From Octopus vulgaris (lineage: Eukaryota): a stretch of DNA of 64,000 nucleotides. The stretch is taken from NCBI GenBank assembly GCA_951406725.2, contig OX597826.1, forward strand, positions 19,406,001 through 19,470,000, in the 5' to 3' direction. Of the stretch, positions 27,810-41,200 are shown in pieces; positions within the stretch are counted from its first letter, which is position 1, and each line of letters begins with the position of its first letter. The notes under the pieces were generated by a model. The model saw only the letters and a list, made by a program, of their open reading frames with translations. It made no database searches and was not told the origin of the DNA. The translations under genes and the position numbers were made by a program.

Positions 27810-29117
27810 CTTCATTTGCAATTTCTTGTCGCCAAGGAGTGTTTGCCAACCCAACCCCGAGAGCCAGTCACAAATCTGCCAACAGGTTTTCCTGCATCAT
27901 CCTCCAGCAGTAACTATGGGAGATCCAGAACAGCTGATGGACGGCACTTGCTGAGAGAACGCAACGTTATGTCAATAAGAGAGACATTAGGTCATTGTAT
28001 GGGACACTCCGCGCAATATATATTCCTATCCACTAAACTAAAGTCCGTCAGCATTCGGCTGGTGGATCAAATCTGCTGACAGAAAATAATGATATCATGC
28101 ATCGTTGGACAGAATACTATGCAAGTCTGTTTGGAGACACACACTCAGTGCAAGCACCATCCCTTGCCAACATACTATAGCGAGAGGCGAAAACAAAGCT
28201 GGATGACCAGCCCTCCATAGACGAGATTCGTACAGCGATTGCTAAGTTGAGAACCCACAAGGCTCCTGGTGTGGATGGTATTCTGGCAAAAGTGTACAAA
28301 CTTGGCGGGAATTGACTTCTTGACAATCTCGCTGATCTTTGCATTAGGCTGGGAGAGATGAAAATTCCGAGCAGCCTATGCAGCCATAATTGTGCCTTTG
28401 TACAAAAAGAAACAAATCAGTACTTTAACTACAGAGATACTGGCGCGTGTTCTCTAAGAAAGACTCATCACCACCATTGCTAACGAAGTCCTCCTCGAGA
28501 GTCAGTTTGGTTTTCGTTAGACATGATCTCGCCCCTCCGTTAGAAAAGGAAGAAATACAGAGAGCAAAAATTGGCCTCTTACGCTACTTTCATCGATCTG
28601 GCGAAGGCGTTTCATATGGTCAGAAGGGATGGGCTGCGGAGAATCCTGAACCTGGTTGTTCACCCAAGTTCCTCCTTATCCTTCAGTAGCTATACTAGGG
28701 CCAGCGGGGGACGATCAAATATGAGTTCCCCTTTGAGAATAGTGTGAAAAAATGTTTGTGCTCCAATCCCTACAGTCTTTGCAATCTTCTTCAGCACGAT
28801 GTGGTGGGAAGCCAAGGAGGAATTGCATGAGGGTATCCACATCCGTCTTGGCACTGACGGGAACATGTTCAATCTTCGCTGACTCCTTGATTGCAAGAGA
28901 ACTTTGATGGAGCTCACCACTGATCTGCTATTTACAGATAACTGTACACTTTCAGTTGTGTCTAATTTTTCTAAGGCCTCACCATCAGTCTGAAGAAAAC
29001 TGAAGTATTGTTTCACAAACCGCCACATGTCAACTACCGACCGCCGCAAATTAGCACCAAACGACACTCCCTTAATGCAGTCGAATACTTCACCTATCTG
29101 AGAAGTGTCATTTCTAA
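27810..29117 (+). mobile_element. degenerate RTE (BovB-like) LINE RT fragment
   Basis: Motifs include PSIDEIRTAIAKLRTHKAPGVDGI, IVPLYKK, ESQFGF, FIDLAKAF, DLLFTD and VEYFTYLRSVIS. It runs into the gap. Confidence 0.85.
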
Positions 29118-29217
29118 NNNNNNNNNNNNNNNNNNNNNNNNNNNNNNNNNNNNNNNNNNNNNNNNNNNNNNNNNNNNNNNNNNNNNNNNNNNNNNNNNNN
29201 NNNNNNNNNNNNNNNNN
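29118..29217. other. assembly gap (100 N)
   Basis: Run of N bases. Confidence 1.
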
Positions 29218-29404
29218 AAACATCTTTCTTTTGTAATGCAGACACTTTCATTTTAATACTGAAACTATTAAAGTCAAAGTATTATATAACAGGGATGAAC
29301 CATTAAAAATGGTCATCCATTTTGCTAGAAGAAAATCCGCTATGGTCTTATATGCTACACCACTGGTTTTCAATTCATATTAATCAAATTAATATTCAAT
29401 TTTT

Positions 29405-31834
29405 CAATATTGATAATAGATGGATTGTTCCATACTGTCCACTCCTGTCAAAGACTTTCAATGCCCACATCAACGTTGAGTTTTGCAACACCGTTAAATC
29501 CATCAAGTACGTTTGCAAATATGTAAACAAGGGTTCTGACGCTGCAATGTTTGGACTTCAACAAGAATACTGCCAGGATGAGGTGACGCATTATCAGGTG
29601 GGACGGTACATAAGTAGCAACGACGCTTTCTGGCGCATCTTTGGCTTTCCAATTCATCAACGACACCCCGCCATTCAACAGCTTGCAGTGCACCTGGAAA
29701 ATGGTCAAAGAGTGTACTTCACCGATGCTAATGCTTCTCTGTTGGCAGAGGAACCAAGGGATAGCACATTCACTGCATTCTTCAAGCTTTGTCAAGTGGA
29801 TCCATTCGCTCAAACCTTGCTATATCCACAGATTCCATCGTACTACACTTGGAATGGAAAAAAATGGGCCCCACGGAAAGCAGGTCAAAATGTTCATGGA
29901 TACCCTGGCATTACGTTTCACACTTGCCTTGGGCGAGTATACACAGTGCATCCCACTCAACAAGAGTACTTCTACCTTCGTCTACTACTGCATGAGGTCA
30001 GAGGGCCAACGTCTTTCCAGGCCATAAAAACCGTTCATGGACATGTCTGCACAACATACAGAGAAGCCTATCGACAAGGTCTGTTAGAAGATGGTGCACA
30101 ATGGGATGCAACTTTAGGAGAGGCTGCTTTATCACAATCACCTAAAAGTCTCAGGGCACTATTTGCAGTATTACTACAGGCATACGAACTGTGTGATCCG
30201 GCCACTCTATGGCTCAAATATAGAGACAACCTGGCTGAAGACTTTCAGCGCCAAGCTCAACTGCTCTATCCTGACATGGAGGGTATCAGCAATGAAATCT
30301 ATAACAAAACACTCATTGACATTGAAGACAGAATTGCTAAACTGGGTGGAAATGAATTATCGACATATGGCCTGCCACAAGCATTCAGGTCAGGGTCAAA
30401 TAGCCTTCCCACTGCTGTCATTCGTGAAACAACCTACGACACTCAAGCGCTTTCAAAGTATATTGTTGAAAATGAGCCTAAATTACTTCCGGACCAGCTG
30501 CAGGCCTACAGAACTATTCTTAACAGTGTACGCCAACGCGAGGGACGAATCTTCTTCCTCGATGTTTCTGGAGGGACAGGAAAAACATTTATTACAAAGC
30601 TTCTCCTTGCAGAAGTTAGGCAGCATCAGGACATTGCAGTAGCTGTAGCCTCTTCTGGCATTGCAGCTACTTTGTTACCCGGTGGCAGGACAGCACACTC
30701 AACTTTTAAACTCCCACTCAATTTAGCAGCATCCGAAATGCCTTCATGCAACATAAACAAAAGCTCAGATCAGGGACAAGTACTTAAAATGTACCATCTA
30801 ATTGTCTGGGATGAGTGCACTATGGCTCACAAGGGAGCTTTGGAAGCATTAGATAGAGCCCTGAAAGACATCCGAGACTGTCAGGCTCCAATAGGAGGTG
30901 TAACGCTTCTGTTGTGAGGTGATTTCAGGCAAACTCTTCCTGTCATTCCGAAAGGCACTAGAGCAGATGAAGTCGAAGCATGCCTAAAGTCCTCTACCCT
31001 GTGGCATCATGTTACAATCCTCAGTCTCACCACTAACATGAGAGCTCAGCTACACGGCGACAAAATGTCCACAAAGTTTGCACAGGACATTTTGACACTT
31101 GGTGAAGGCAAGATGCCTCTCGATGCTGCAGGACAAATGGAAGTGTGGTCATTTTCCTCTGTTGTTAATTCTGTAGATGACCCCAAAAACAAAGTCTTTC
31201 CCAACTTGAAACAAAACTACCAAAATCACAATTGGCTGTGTGAAAGAGCAATATTAGCTCCAAAAAACGTCGCTGTTAACAAAATTAATCAACAGCTAAT
31301 GCATTCTCTTCCTGGCACTATACACACTTACAAGTCTGTTGATACAATTCCAGATATAAATGAAGTTGTGAACTATCCTCCTGAATTTCTCAATTCACTG
31401 GAGCCTCCTGGACTACTTCCACGCATATTAGCACTTAAAGTTGGAACTCTTGTAATGCTACTCCGCAATCTGGAACCACCAAGACTTTGCAATGGAACAC
31501 GACTGGTGATAAAGAAAATGATGTCACACGTTATCGAGGCGATCATTCTTTCTGGATGTGGAAAAGGTGATGACGTCTTTATTCCAAGAATTCCTCTTAC
31601 TCCATCAGGAGCAGAAATTCCATTTACATTCAGAAGACTGCAATTCCCCCTTCGTATCAGCTTTGCCATGTCCATTAACAAATCTCAGAGTCAAAGCCTC
31701 TCTGTAGTTGGTCTTCTCTTGGAAGAACCCTGCTTCTCGCATGGGCAACTGTATGTTGGCTGCTCAAGAGTAGGAACCAAAAGAAACCTTTTTGTATATG
31801 CTTCATGTACTTTCATGTATTTATATTAATATAC

Positions 31835-31886
<52 letters not shown>

Positions 31887-31957
31887 CCATATATATATAA
31901 CAGAAAAGTCTAATTCTTCAAGTGAATATAACTGGGCAACGCCGGGTATCTCTGCTA

Positions 31958-31958
<1 letters not shown>
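29405..31958 (+). mobile_element. Helitron: RepHel (Rep motif 3 plus PIF1-family helicase) with one in-frame TGA and an intact 3' end
   Basis: Motifs include WIVPY..HINVE..KYVCKYVNKG, GRYIS, GGTGKT, IVWDE, LL*GDFRQTLPV, LCNGTRL, AMSINKSQ and HGQLYV..SRV. ORFs 29322-30917 and 31038-31829 are in the same frame. The terminal hairpin CTGGGCAACGCCGGG is followed by CTAG|T at 31955-31958. Confidence 0.95.
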
Positions 31959-32012
<54 letters not shown>

Positions 32013-32015
<3 letters not shown>

Positions 32016-32370
32016 GGTTTTAAACTTTAGCAATTGGGATGGGGAGATCCTAGTGCTCAACTGGCATTTAATTTTAACGACCCCGAAAGGATGAGAGGCA
32101 AAGAGCACCCTGACAGCATCTGAATTTAGAACGTAATGTCCAAAGATATATATATATTATTTGTTTCAGTCATCAGATTGCGGCCATGCTTGGGCACCGC
32201 CTTGAGGGATTTTTAGTGGAATGTATCGACCCCAGCACTTTTTTTTAAAGCCTGGAACTTATTTTATCGGTGTCTTTTACTGAACCGCTAGCTTACGAGG
32301 ACGTAGACACCAGTATCGGTCATCAAGTGGTGGGTGGAGTGGGGGATAAACACAGATACACACACACACG
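32013..32370 (-). mobile_element. degenerate OK-like SINE (32013-32140) plus the 3' part of an OR2-like SINE (32160-32370)
   Basis: CGACCCCGAAAGGATG and TTCAGTCAT..GCGGCCATGCT..GCACCGCC motifs. Confidence 0.7.
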
Positions 32371-32374
32371 TATC

Positions 32375-33250
32375 AAATTTACAGAAAACAAAAGATAAAG
32401 ACACATAAGGAAACAACAAGCAGGTGTATTAGCTTAACGCTCGGGAAGAATGGAAAAGTCTTTGACGTTTCGAGCCTACGCTCTTCGACAGAAAGGTTTG
32501 AGAGGGAAAAATGGAGAGAGAGAATGAAAAATAAAATTAAAAAAAACAGAGAGAGAAATGTGTTGAGATTATCGGTTCAACATGATGAAATGACTGGAAG
32601 AAAGAGGCTGAGTGAAAGGGAGACAATAATAGGGACCCGGCTGAACTAGGGTGTGCAAACATGTGTGTCTGTGATGACGGTGTGTATGAGTGTGTATGTA
32701 TGAATGAGGGTGAGCGCGTGTGGATTTATGAGTGGGCGAACTTAAAATTGTGGGCCCTTTGTGTGCGTATGGGAGCGTGTGTGTGTATGTGTGTAATTAA
32801 CCCAGTGCATGCATTTTGTGGAGTGATGAGCGTTTTTGTACGGGTGTGTCCCCGAACAGACGTGTGTATATGCGTGTGAGGCTGTGTATAGAATGTATGT
32901 GAAGCTATCCTGTGTGTGAGCGTGTGCAAACGCTTCAGCCTGTGAGTGTGTATTTGAGCGTGTGTGCCTGTGTATAAGTAACCTAGTGTGTGCGTTGTGC
33001 GGCGTGATGTGCGTTTCATGCATATTTGTGTGAATGAGAAAAAATATCATGCATGCCTGCAAAGCACATCGCGAAGGAAGGAAGTCAATATGAAAACCAA
33101 TACTAAGGTCTGATGGCTGCAGCGTGGACGAACACAAAAACACAGAGAGACACAGGAACGGTACCAAAAGTTGGGGTCAAGGATAGCGGCAGCGGCAACG
33201 GAGGAGGGGATGGAGGTGAGGGCAGGGTCATAGTGCTACTAAGAACAACG
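32375..33250 (-). mobile_element. pLTR-like repeat (family of 19358-19965) with a TG-rich extension
   Basis: The minus strand reads CTGTCGAAGAGCGTAGGCTCGAAACGTCAAAGAC. Confidence 0.55.
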
Positions 33251-33624
33251 ATAACGGTGACAATATAAAGGGCATAAGCATATATATACACACATAGGTA
33301 CAATGCGAAACACAGAGATGCGTGCGTGCACGCACACACAGACACACACTCACACACACACGTACGTACATACTCACGTACACACGTACACACACACACA
33401 AATACAGACGCAAATGCATGGGCATATGAAGATACATATCATAGAACAACAGAATGGACTAAGAGGAGCAGGAACATACACAAGGGTGGAAAGTGTCACA
33501 GGTGTGTGACGAAATATTTCCGGATAATGGACATGAGCTAAAATAAGAACGGCAATGAACGAGCGAAAAACGAATATATAGTGCGTGTGTTGATTTGGAA
33601 AAAAATGACCATCATGAAATACAA

Positions 33625-33717
<93 letters not shown>

Positions 33718-33720
<3 letters not shown>

Positions 33721-34060
33721 GTGTCGGAGCGGCTGGTGGTAAGTAGCTTCCATTTTCTATTACCGACCAGATGGTTCCGGCTTCAGTCCCACTGCGTGGC
33801 ACCTTGGGCAAATGTCTTCTACAATAGCCTCGGGCTGACCAAAGCCTTGTGAGCGTATTTGGTGGATGAAAACTGAAAGAAGCTCGTCGTATATGTGTGT
33901 GTATGTGTTTGCCCCCGCCTTACATCGCTTCCCAACCGATGCAGGTGTGTTTACATCCCCGTAACTTAGCGGTTCGGCAAAATATACTATTGCTCGACTA
34001 AAGGCGGTGCTCCAGCTTGGCCGCAGTCAAGTGACTGAAACAAGTGAAAGAGTACGAGAG
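33718..34060 (+). mobile_element. OR2-like CORE SINE
   Basis: GGTTCCGGCTTCAGTCCCACTGCGTGGCACCTTGGGCAA ... GCGGTGCTCCAGCTTGGCCGCAGTC. Confidence 0.85.
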
Positions 34061-34097
34061 TATACATACATGTATATATGTATATATATAAATATAA

Positions 34098-34344
34098 ATG
34101 CGCCCTTTTTAATGCCTAGCCAGACTCCTGGGCTCGGTTTTCTCAGTTTCTATGGCGTATGTGTTCCCCAGCTGGACGGGACGCCAGTCCATCGCAGCGT
34201 TACTCATTTTTGTCAGCTGAGTGGACTGGAGCAACGTGAAATGAAGTGTTTTGCTCAAGAACACAACGCGTCGACCGGTCCAGGAATCGAAACCACAATC
34301 TTGCGATCATGGTGCTGACACCCTAACCACTAAGCCACGCGCCT

Positions 34345-34347
<3 letters not shown>
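34098..34347 (-). mobile_element. third tRNA-derived SINE family (V-domain-like body)
   Basis: The minus strand has GGAGGCGCGTGGCTTAGTGGTTAGG (A box) and GGTTTCGATTCC (B box), then GATGGACTGGCGTCCCGTCCAG. Confidence 0.8.
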
Positions 34348-34404
<57 letters not shown>

Positions 34405-35481
34405 CACTTATTAGAGAACAAACATCAAATTCGAGTCAACGATTTTATATAATACCACGCTTCCATACATTTGATCATATATAAATATTACCAAGGCCTT
34501 TATTATATAAAAATAATTCATATATAAAAATATTTAAAAATACACAGAAGGTAAAAAATATATATGCAAATAAAAATACAAATATATAGAACGGCCTGCA
34601 AGAATTTATATACAATCGACGAAAAATTCCAAAGCGCGCCATGCGACTAAAAACCTAAATAAAATATCAATCGACTAAATTTTTTTTATTACTTCCCTCA
34701 ATTAAAAAAATCTCAAAATAGTTCATGTCATAAAAACCATGGTAGGTCAGAGTTCAGGAACGTAAGAGAATTCCACAAAATCAAGTCAAACGTATCTCTG
34801 GCCATTTCGGCAATTCACTGCAGCGGTTCGATTACGAGTTAAGGTGTATCTAGGCAATGACCCCCTCGTCAGGATGAACGCGAATCTCAACAATTAGTCG
34901 TTCACACACACACACTCGCACACACACACACAATATCATCACACACAACACGGACAAAAATTTCTTCTTAAGAAAATACATATTCAAATAAGTAAACCTT
35001 AATATCATGAATAACGAAAGCGAAACCGGTCGATATATTAAAAATTATATTAAAACTGTGAAAAGTGTTCGTATTTTCCTTTTTTAATTTCTTATATATA
35101 TATTGTTGTAATTAGGGATGGTCATGCTGCCAGTTAAGCCATGACTGGCAACATGACCATCCCTAAATACAACAATATATATATATATATATGTTTGTGT
35201 GTGTGTGTATGTATGTTCGCCCACCACCACCTCTTGACAATCTGCTTTGTTTTGTTTACAACACCGGCCAAACTAACCGAGAGAATAAGTACCAGACTTT
35301 AAAAAAAAATAAGTATTGTAGTCAACTAGTTTGCCTGAACCCTTCAAAGTGGTGCCTGAGCATGGCCACAGTTCAACGAGTGAAGCAAGTAAAAGATAAA
35401 AGATGAAAGATAGCCCAACATTATTGCGTTCTACAAACATTTATTTCTGTCCCTTAGCTGCTACTTTTAACAACATATCTT

Positions 35482-36387
35482 AATACTTTTTGGTTCTCTC
35501 ACCCCCATTAAAAAACTGGGTTATCTCCCCACTAAAAAACCGAGGTTATGTGACAAGAGATTAGACTAAAAGAGATCCTTTTGATTCAATACTTCAACAC
35601 TTTGTTGACGTTTGGCCCCTTCAATAGACATGGTATGATTTGTTATAAAATGTTATCAGATTCAGTAAGATACATTATTTTTTCAGCTTTCGTTTTTTAT
35701 TAATTTTTCAGTTTTCAAACTCTTTTACTCTTTTACTTGTTTCAGCCATTTGACTGTGGCCATGCTGGAGCACCGCCTTTAATCGAGCAACTCGACCCCG
35801 GGACTTATTCCTTTGTAAGCCCAGTACTTATTCTATTATTCTCTTTTGCCGAACTGCTAAGTTACGGGGACATAAACACACCAGCATCGGTTGTCAAGCA
35901 ATGCTAGGGGGACAAACACAGACACACAAACACACACACGCATACATATATATGCATATATACGACGGGCTTCTTTCAGTTTCCGTCTACCAAATCCACT
36001 CACAAGGCTTTGGTCGGCTCGAGGCTATAGTAGAAGACACTTGCCCAAGGTGCCACGCAGTGGGACCGAACCTGGAACCATGTGGTTGGTAAACAAGCTA
36101 CTTACCACACAGCCACTCCTGCGCCTATGTTTATTAATGTTTATTAATCATGTTTATTAATCATTTCTGTTTTGTAGGATTTGTTATAAAAATATTATCA
36201 GATTCAATAAAATGTTTCATCTTTTCACTTTTTTTTTGGTTTTATTTGGTTTTTTTTTTTTTTTGGTTTTATCGAGGGTTAAATATTTTTTTCGGACGAG
36301 GGTGATAACCAAAAGTACCGATATTTCTCAGAAAACTTGGGAAGAAACCCAATTATTTTAATGGGGGTTATATAACCAAAAAGTACC
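35482..36387. mobile_element. MITE with ~48-bp TIRs and an 8-bp TSD (Merlin-like), containing a SINE
   Basis: TACTTTTTGGTT..ACCCCCATTAAAA..TGGGTT is inverted at both ends. CATATCTT occurs at 35474-35481 and 36388-36395. Confidence 0.7.
35720..36127 (-). mobile_element. OR2-like CORE SINE (near full length)
   Basis: Same head, core and tail as 24479-24921. Confidence 0.9.
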
Positions 36388-36439
36388 CATATCTTTTTCT
36401 TTTTATAAGAACATTTTCTAAAAATTTGTACTCTAATAT

Positions 36440-37108
36440 CCCCAAGTGGACACTATTTAGACAATGCGACAGGAAGCAGTAACCATTTGGGAAATGTTAT
36501 TTCTTAGCAGAGAAATAGAATTACGAGTGAGTTACAACGATTATAGGTAGTACAAATCAAGAACATGAACTACGCACTTTTATCCACAGAGTTAATTCCC
36601 CTGCACGTTTAGCTTTGGGAAAACAAATTGGGCCTGGTGTGACACACCATACTAATCATATCTGTCGGGCATGTGGAAGAGAGTGTAATTCGGCAAGAGG
36701 ACTTAAACGACATGCAAAGGTACATGAAGCCCAGTTACAACTACAGCCGGCTATTACCAGTAAAGGTTTCAGTTGCCAATTCTGTACAAGACATTGTAGA
36801 TCTTTAGCTGGGCTAAAAAGTCACAGCACCAGTAACAGTTAAACTTCGTGCAATGGCCATACTAGATAATGAGGGGGCAGCCATAATGCATGTATATATG
36901 TATGTATTTATGTATGTATGTATGTATGTATGTATGTATGTATGTATGTATGTATGTATGTATGTATGTATGTATGTATGTATGTACGTACGTACGTACG
37001 TACGTACGTACGTATGTATGTATGTATGTATGTATGTATGTATGTATGTATGTATGTATGTACGTACGTACGTACGTACGTACGTATGTATGTATGTATG
37101 TATGTATG
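36440..37108 (+). mobile_element. RTE LINE 3' end with two C2H2-like fingers, short 3'UTR and a (TATG)n/(TACG)n tail
   Basis: CRACGRECNSARGLKRH and CQFCTRHCRSLAGLKSH fit the RTE C-terminal C..C.R.C.S..GL..H motif. The tandem tail starts at ~36890. Confidence 0.7.
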
Positions 37109-37329
37109 TGTGCATGTATGCGCGGGTGTGGTAAGAAACCTGCTTCTCAATCACATGATTCTGTGTTTAGTCCCAATGCGTGGAATCTTGGACAAGTGTA
37201 TGTGCGCGCACACACACGTATCATCACACATACATACATGCGCACACACACGTATCATCACACACACATACATGCGCACACACTGACAGACAGACAGACT
37301 GACAGAGGTATATGTAGTCATGGATTTCT

Positions 37330-38270
37330 ATAAGATTTAAGTCCGTCATCCTGAAGTGCAAGCCTTTCGCAAACACAGTGAGCTAAGCCAGTTCTCGGGC
37401 TTTGTATATATGTAGGTGTCTGTACTTATTTTGTGTGAACATAACTCTTTAGGTCTTTTCAGGTCTTGTGTGTCTGCATGATAATTTTTACGTATGTGTC
37501 TTTGTAGATGAATTCAACTAAGATTCATTTAAAGAATCTCCAATGGAGACTGGAATGTCTTACAAATCTTTATTGTGTCGCTTATAGTTTGGATTCCGAG
37601 GATACGTGTCATTTTTCTTTCTCTCTCTCTTTCTTAGGAAATCCTAATGCACATACGATGACAAGAATAAATGAAAATCTATAGCCAGGGTATAAGAGCT
37701 CTAAGTCGCGCATTAGTTCACCATAAATGTTCTCTTTTTCCTAAGTTTTGATAATACTTTCACATCTGCCAGCTGACCTTAACAATGGCGCATGACTTAA
37801 ACCAGGTTTGTTGGTTTTGCAGCGGATTACAGTTTTTATTGGAATATTCCACCAATAAAAATTTGGTTCTGACATGCCCTTGGTGCAATCTTTCCTACGG
37901 ATAACATTGCAAATAGTTTTTGCAAGTATACCATGTCTTAGGTAGGATCTTGCGGGTATTTTAGGAGAGCTTGCTGGTGATGTGGGTTATATCTTCTAGG
38001 CTGGTGTAGCATAACTGACATTTTCCATCAGAACGGGTTGAGTGGCGTATCTTTGTATCTTTTTACGTCTCAAGTATTTTGTTCCTAGATAGCAAAACCA
38101 TAGCGTTGTAAGCAGGATAGATTTCAAGTCCAGAAGAGGCGCTCTTTCTGTTAATGCTGCTGCTATCCTGTAGCTTACGGGATACGTACCAATCCATTGC
38201 TTCTGCTGTTACTCGAGGTGCCAAGCACCCCTCCGCGGTCTAGATTTAATCCAGGAGTGCAGCTCAATCA
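37330..38270 (-). mobile_element. RLE-type (R4-like) LINE 3' fragment
   Basis: The minus strand reads KCQLCYTSLEDITHI (CCHC-like), WNIPIKT...NKP and EKENIYGELMRDLELLYPGYRF..IVCALG. Confidence 0.7.
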
Positions 38271-38279
38271 ATGAGACGA

Positions 38280-41200
38280 GCTGTGGAAGAGCGAGTCTGA
38301 CAAACGGTGACCACACCTGCTCACCGTCAAGAAAACGCTGGAGATGCTGTAGCTTGAGCGCATGTCTGCGCATCAGAAACCAAGGCACACCCAGCCCTCC
38401 ATTCAGCGGCTGTTGACAGCAGATAGAGCGCCTGACCAGTGGAAAGTGCCCCGTCTACAGAATGCAGAAGAGTAAGTGCACCAGCTTGGTCGACCAGCAA
38501 ATGGGGCAAGGGACGACGGTCAAGCGGTAATAGATGACGGATGCGATGTACGCATCACCACCTCCACTTGACCTTTCAGGAATAGCTTCTCTCGGCTCAT
38601 TTCTGGGTGAGATTGGCCAGCCTGTTCGTCACCTCGTCCCAGTTTTTCTCCATCTGGAGGTCCGGACCGAACCAGATCCGAGCAATTTAACCGGACAGTC
38701 TGTCCAACACCCCATGACGCTGTTGGGCGACATGGACTTGTTCCTTCAGGTACCGAGTTGCAAGACCACTGACTTTTCTGCATTAATTTTGGCTCCTGTC
38801 GCCGCTTCATATTCGTTTAGTGTGTCGCCAATCAGGTTTATATGCCAATGCCTTGACACTATCACGGTGACATCATCACCGTAAGCAGACACACTTTTCT
38901 CACATCCTATATCACGTGGAACACGCCTCAATAACTCTAACTTCCGCAGTAGTGGCTCAAGAGACAGTACATACAGAAGGGAAGAGAGAGGGCACCATTG
39001 ACGGACCGAGTGCAAAATGCTGAATGGTTCTGACAGGTGACCATTCACCCGAACAATAGAGCAGATGCCGCTGTACAAAGCAGCGATCCAAGCACGGAAG
39101 ACTGGACTGGAACCGGCTGCCTTGAGAACAGCTGCCAAGTATCGATGATCGACTCTATTGAAGGCTTTAGACTGATCTAAATTGATCAGAGTCCCAACCA
39201 TTCCAGCTTTGTTACCCACCCCCACACGAGGTGGAGGCTGTCGTGAATAGTCCTGGTTTTGAAATATAAAATTCGTAGAGAAGACCATCCAAACTCATCG
39301 ATCTACCTCTCGTACAGCTTTTCCTCGTCTCCTGTACTTACCAGACGGCTATCGATCTTTCGCAGCACTCCACCTCGCTCGCCGAGAGTTGGGACAGGCC
39401 ATCCAGGTAGACACCGAAGTCTGACTCGTTACCCATCCTACCACGCGTCCCGAACAGTCGAGCAAAGTGCTGCTGAAAGGCTGCACACATCTGCTCTGGT
39501 TCAAATACCACACGCCTGTTCTGGCCCACCAAAGACCGAATGGTGGTTTTGTTGCCACGTTTTGCCTCCGCCACTCGAGCCTATCGAGCGGCTTTAGTCC
39601 CCTCCCCGTTTAATGAACGTGCCCTAGCTCTGACAACACAGCCTTCGCATTTGGCATCAAAAAATTGGTCGAGGGCCAACCTCACCGCCAACACGTCGGT
39701 TGCGATACCTTTCCTAAGTGTCTCGTTTATCTTTCTAACTAAATCTTCTATTCTATTTCTTTCTACCGCTAAGGCTTTACTAAACCTAAAAGATTGTATT
39801 CTAATCGCCCTTTCAAGAGCAAACCACCAGTTTGCCCTCGTCAACGCTCTCTTCACTAAAAGGCTAATCCAGTCTCTGTAAGCTTGACACGCCGGTAACG
39901 ACGTGTTCAGCTTCCAGTAACCGGGACTCTGTCCATGGAGCCTATCTAAGTCGACTGTACAGATCATGAATTTGTGGTCTGTGTAGCTGACTATCCGAAA
40001 CTGTGGACAACTTATACTATCCTTATCCGCTGGCCTACAAAAATCTCTATCTAAATACGATCTAGATGACTCGATGCGATTTGTCCAAGTCTACATTGGC
40101 ACATTCGGGTAATCTAGTCGGTACCTGTCAGGCGGTTGAAAATATCTGAGCAGGTGTGTGAGGCATTGCACCCACCTCTCTTCCACGCGATCGAAACGTT
40201 CGTCTAAAACAGCGTTCCGATCCCCTACTAGTACTAAAGTGCGAGACGTTCCTAGGAAAACCTCCAGATGCTTGAAGTAATCTGGCCGCCCTTCCCCTGT
40301 CGGAGCATTGGCAGCCATCAGTCTGAAGGCACTGCCATCACTACTGTTCACATCCAGGACCATCAACTTACCTTCAGGATCCAGGAAGATTGCCTTTACT
40401 TTCAGATCCAGGCCTTTCCGGAAAAGCACTGCAGTACCACCACTGCCCCCGACCGATCGACACAGAGATGGGAAGATTTTGTATACAGCGAAAAGGGTCA
40501 TGAGGTCCTGTGGGTCGGAAAGCTCAGATTGTTTATTGCGCCTCCCCTGTTTATCCGATGTCTCTCTAGATATTTTCTTTCTTTTGTCTTTCGTGGGCAG
40601 TGTTCACTCCCCCCTCTAGACCTCAGTACTTGAGCAGTCCGAGTGATTTAGGTCGGGAAGGGGGATGTCTTGTGGGTCTTTGTCTAGGGTGTTCCGAGGG
40701 GCCCCGCCCGTTGCTGCTGCTACTTCTGTCACTGCTGGTGGTGGTGTCCCTCCTGGTGGTGTGGTGTGGTGTGGGGTGCTACTACTGCTGCTGGTGATGG
40801 CACCCCGGAAGGTGTCAACTCTGTTGCTGATGTTGGTGGTGCCGCGTTGCTGCTGATGTTGGTGGTGCCGCGTTGCTGCTGATGTTGCTAGTGATGATGG
40901 TGTCGGTGATGCGGGGACCACTTTTTCTGCTGTGGCTGCTGTTGCTGTTGCTTTATATGGGGTAGTTGACCTTTGTCATCTCCACAAAGGTAGAACCTTG
41001 GCCTCCTGCCCTCCACAGTGACGTGAAGCCTGGCGCCGTCTGGCTAATTTATTGAGTAGGGGATGGAATTTATGTTCTGTTGTTCAATTTGAACATGGAG
41101 CTCCATCCACTGATCCGTCCAATTTTGTTGGTACAACTTGTGCACTTCCAGTACTGTGGCGGTGTTCTCTATGTCTTAGGGGATAGCCGCCACAGCCAGC

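Noticed and set aside
29322-31829. Host PIF1 gene or selenocysteine/readthrough TGA
   Set aside because: It is intronless, fused to Rep motifs and ends in a Helitron hairpin-CTAG. Other motif substitutions indicate decay, and the TGA is not at a Cys position.
34270-34347. Functional tRNA genes (also the SINE heads and 8380-8450)
   Set aside because: A and B boxes are present, but there is no clean cloverleaf and each continues into a repeated SINE body.
36615-36842. Host C2H2 zinc-finger gene
   Set aside because: There are only two fingers with no TGEKP linkers, and they are followed by a short UTR and tandem tail typical of an RTE LINE end.
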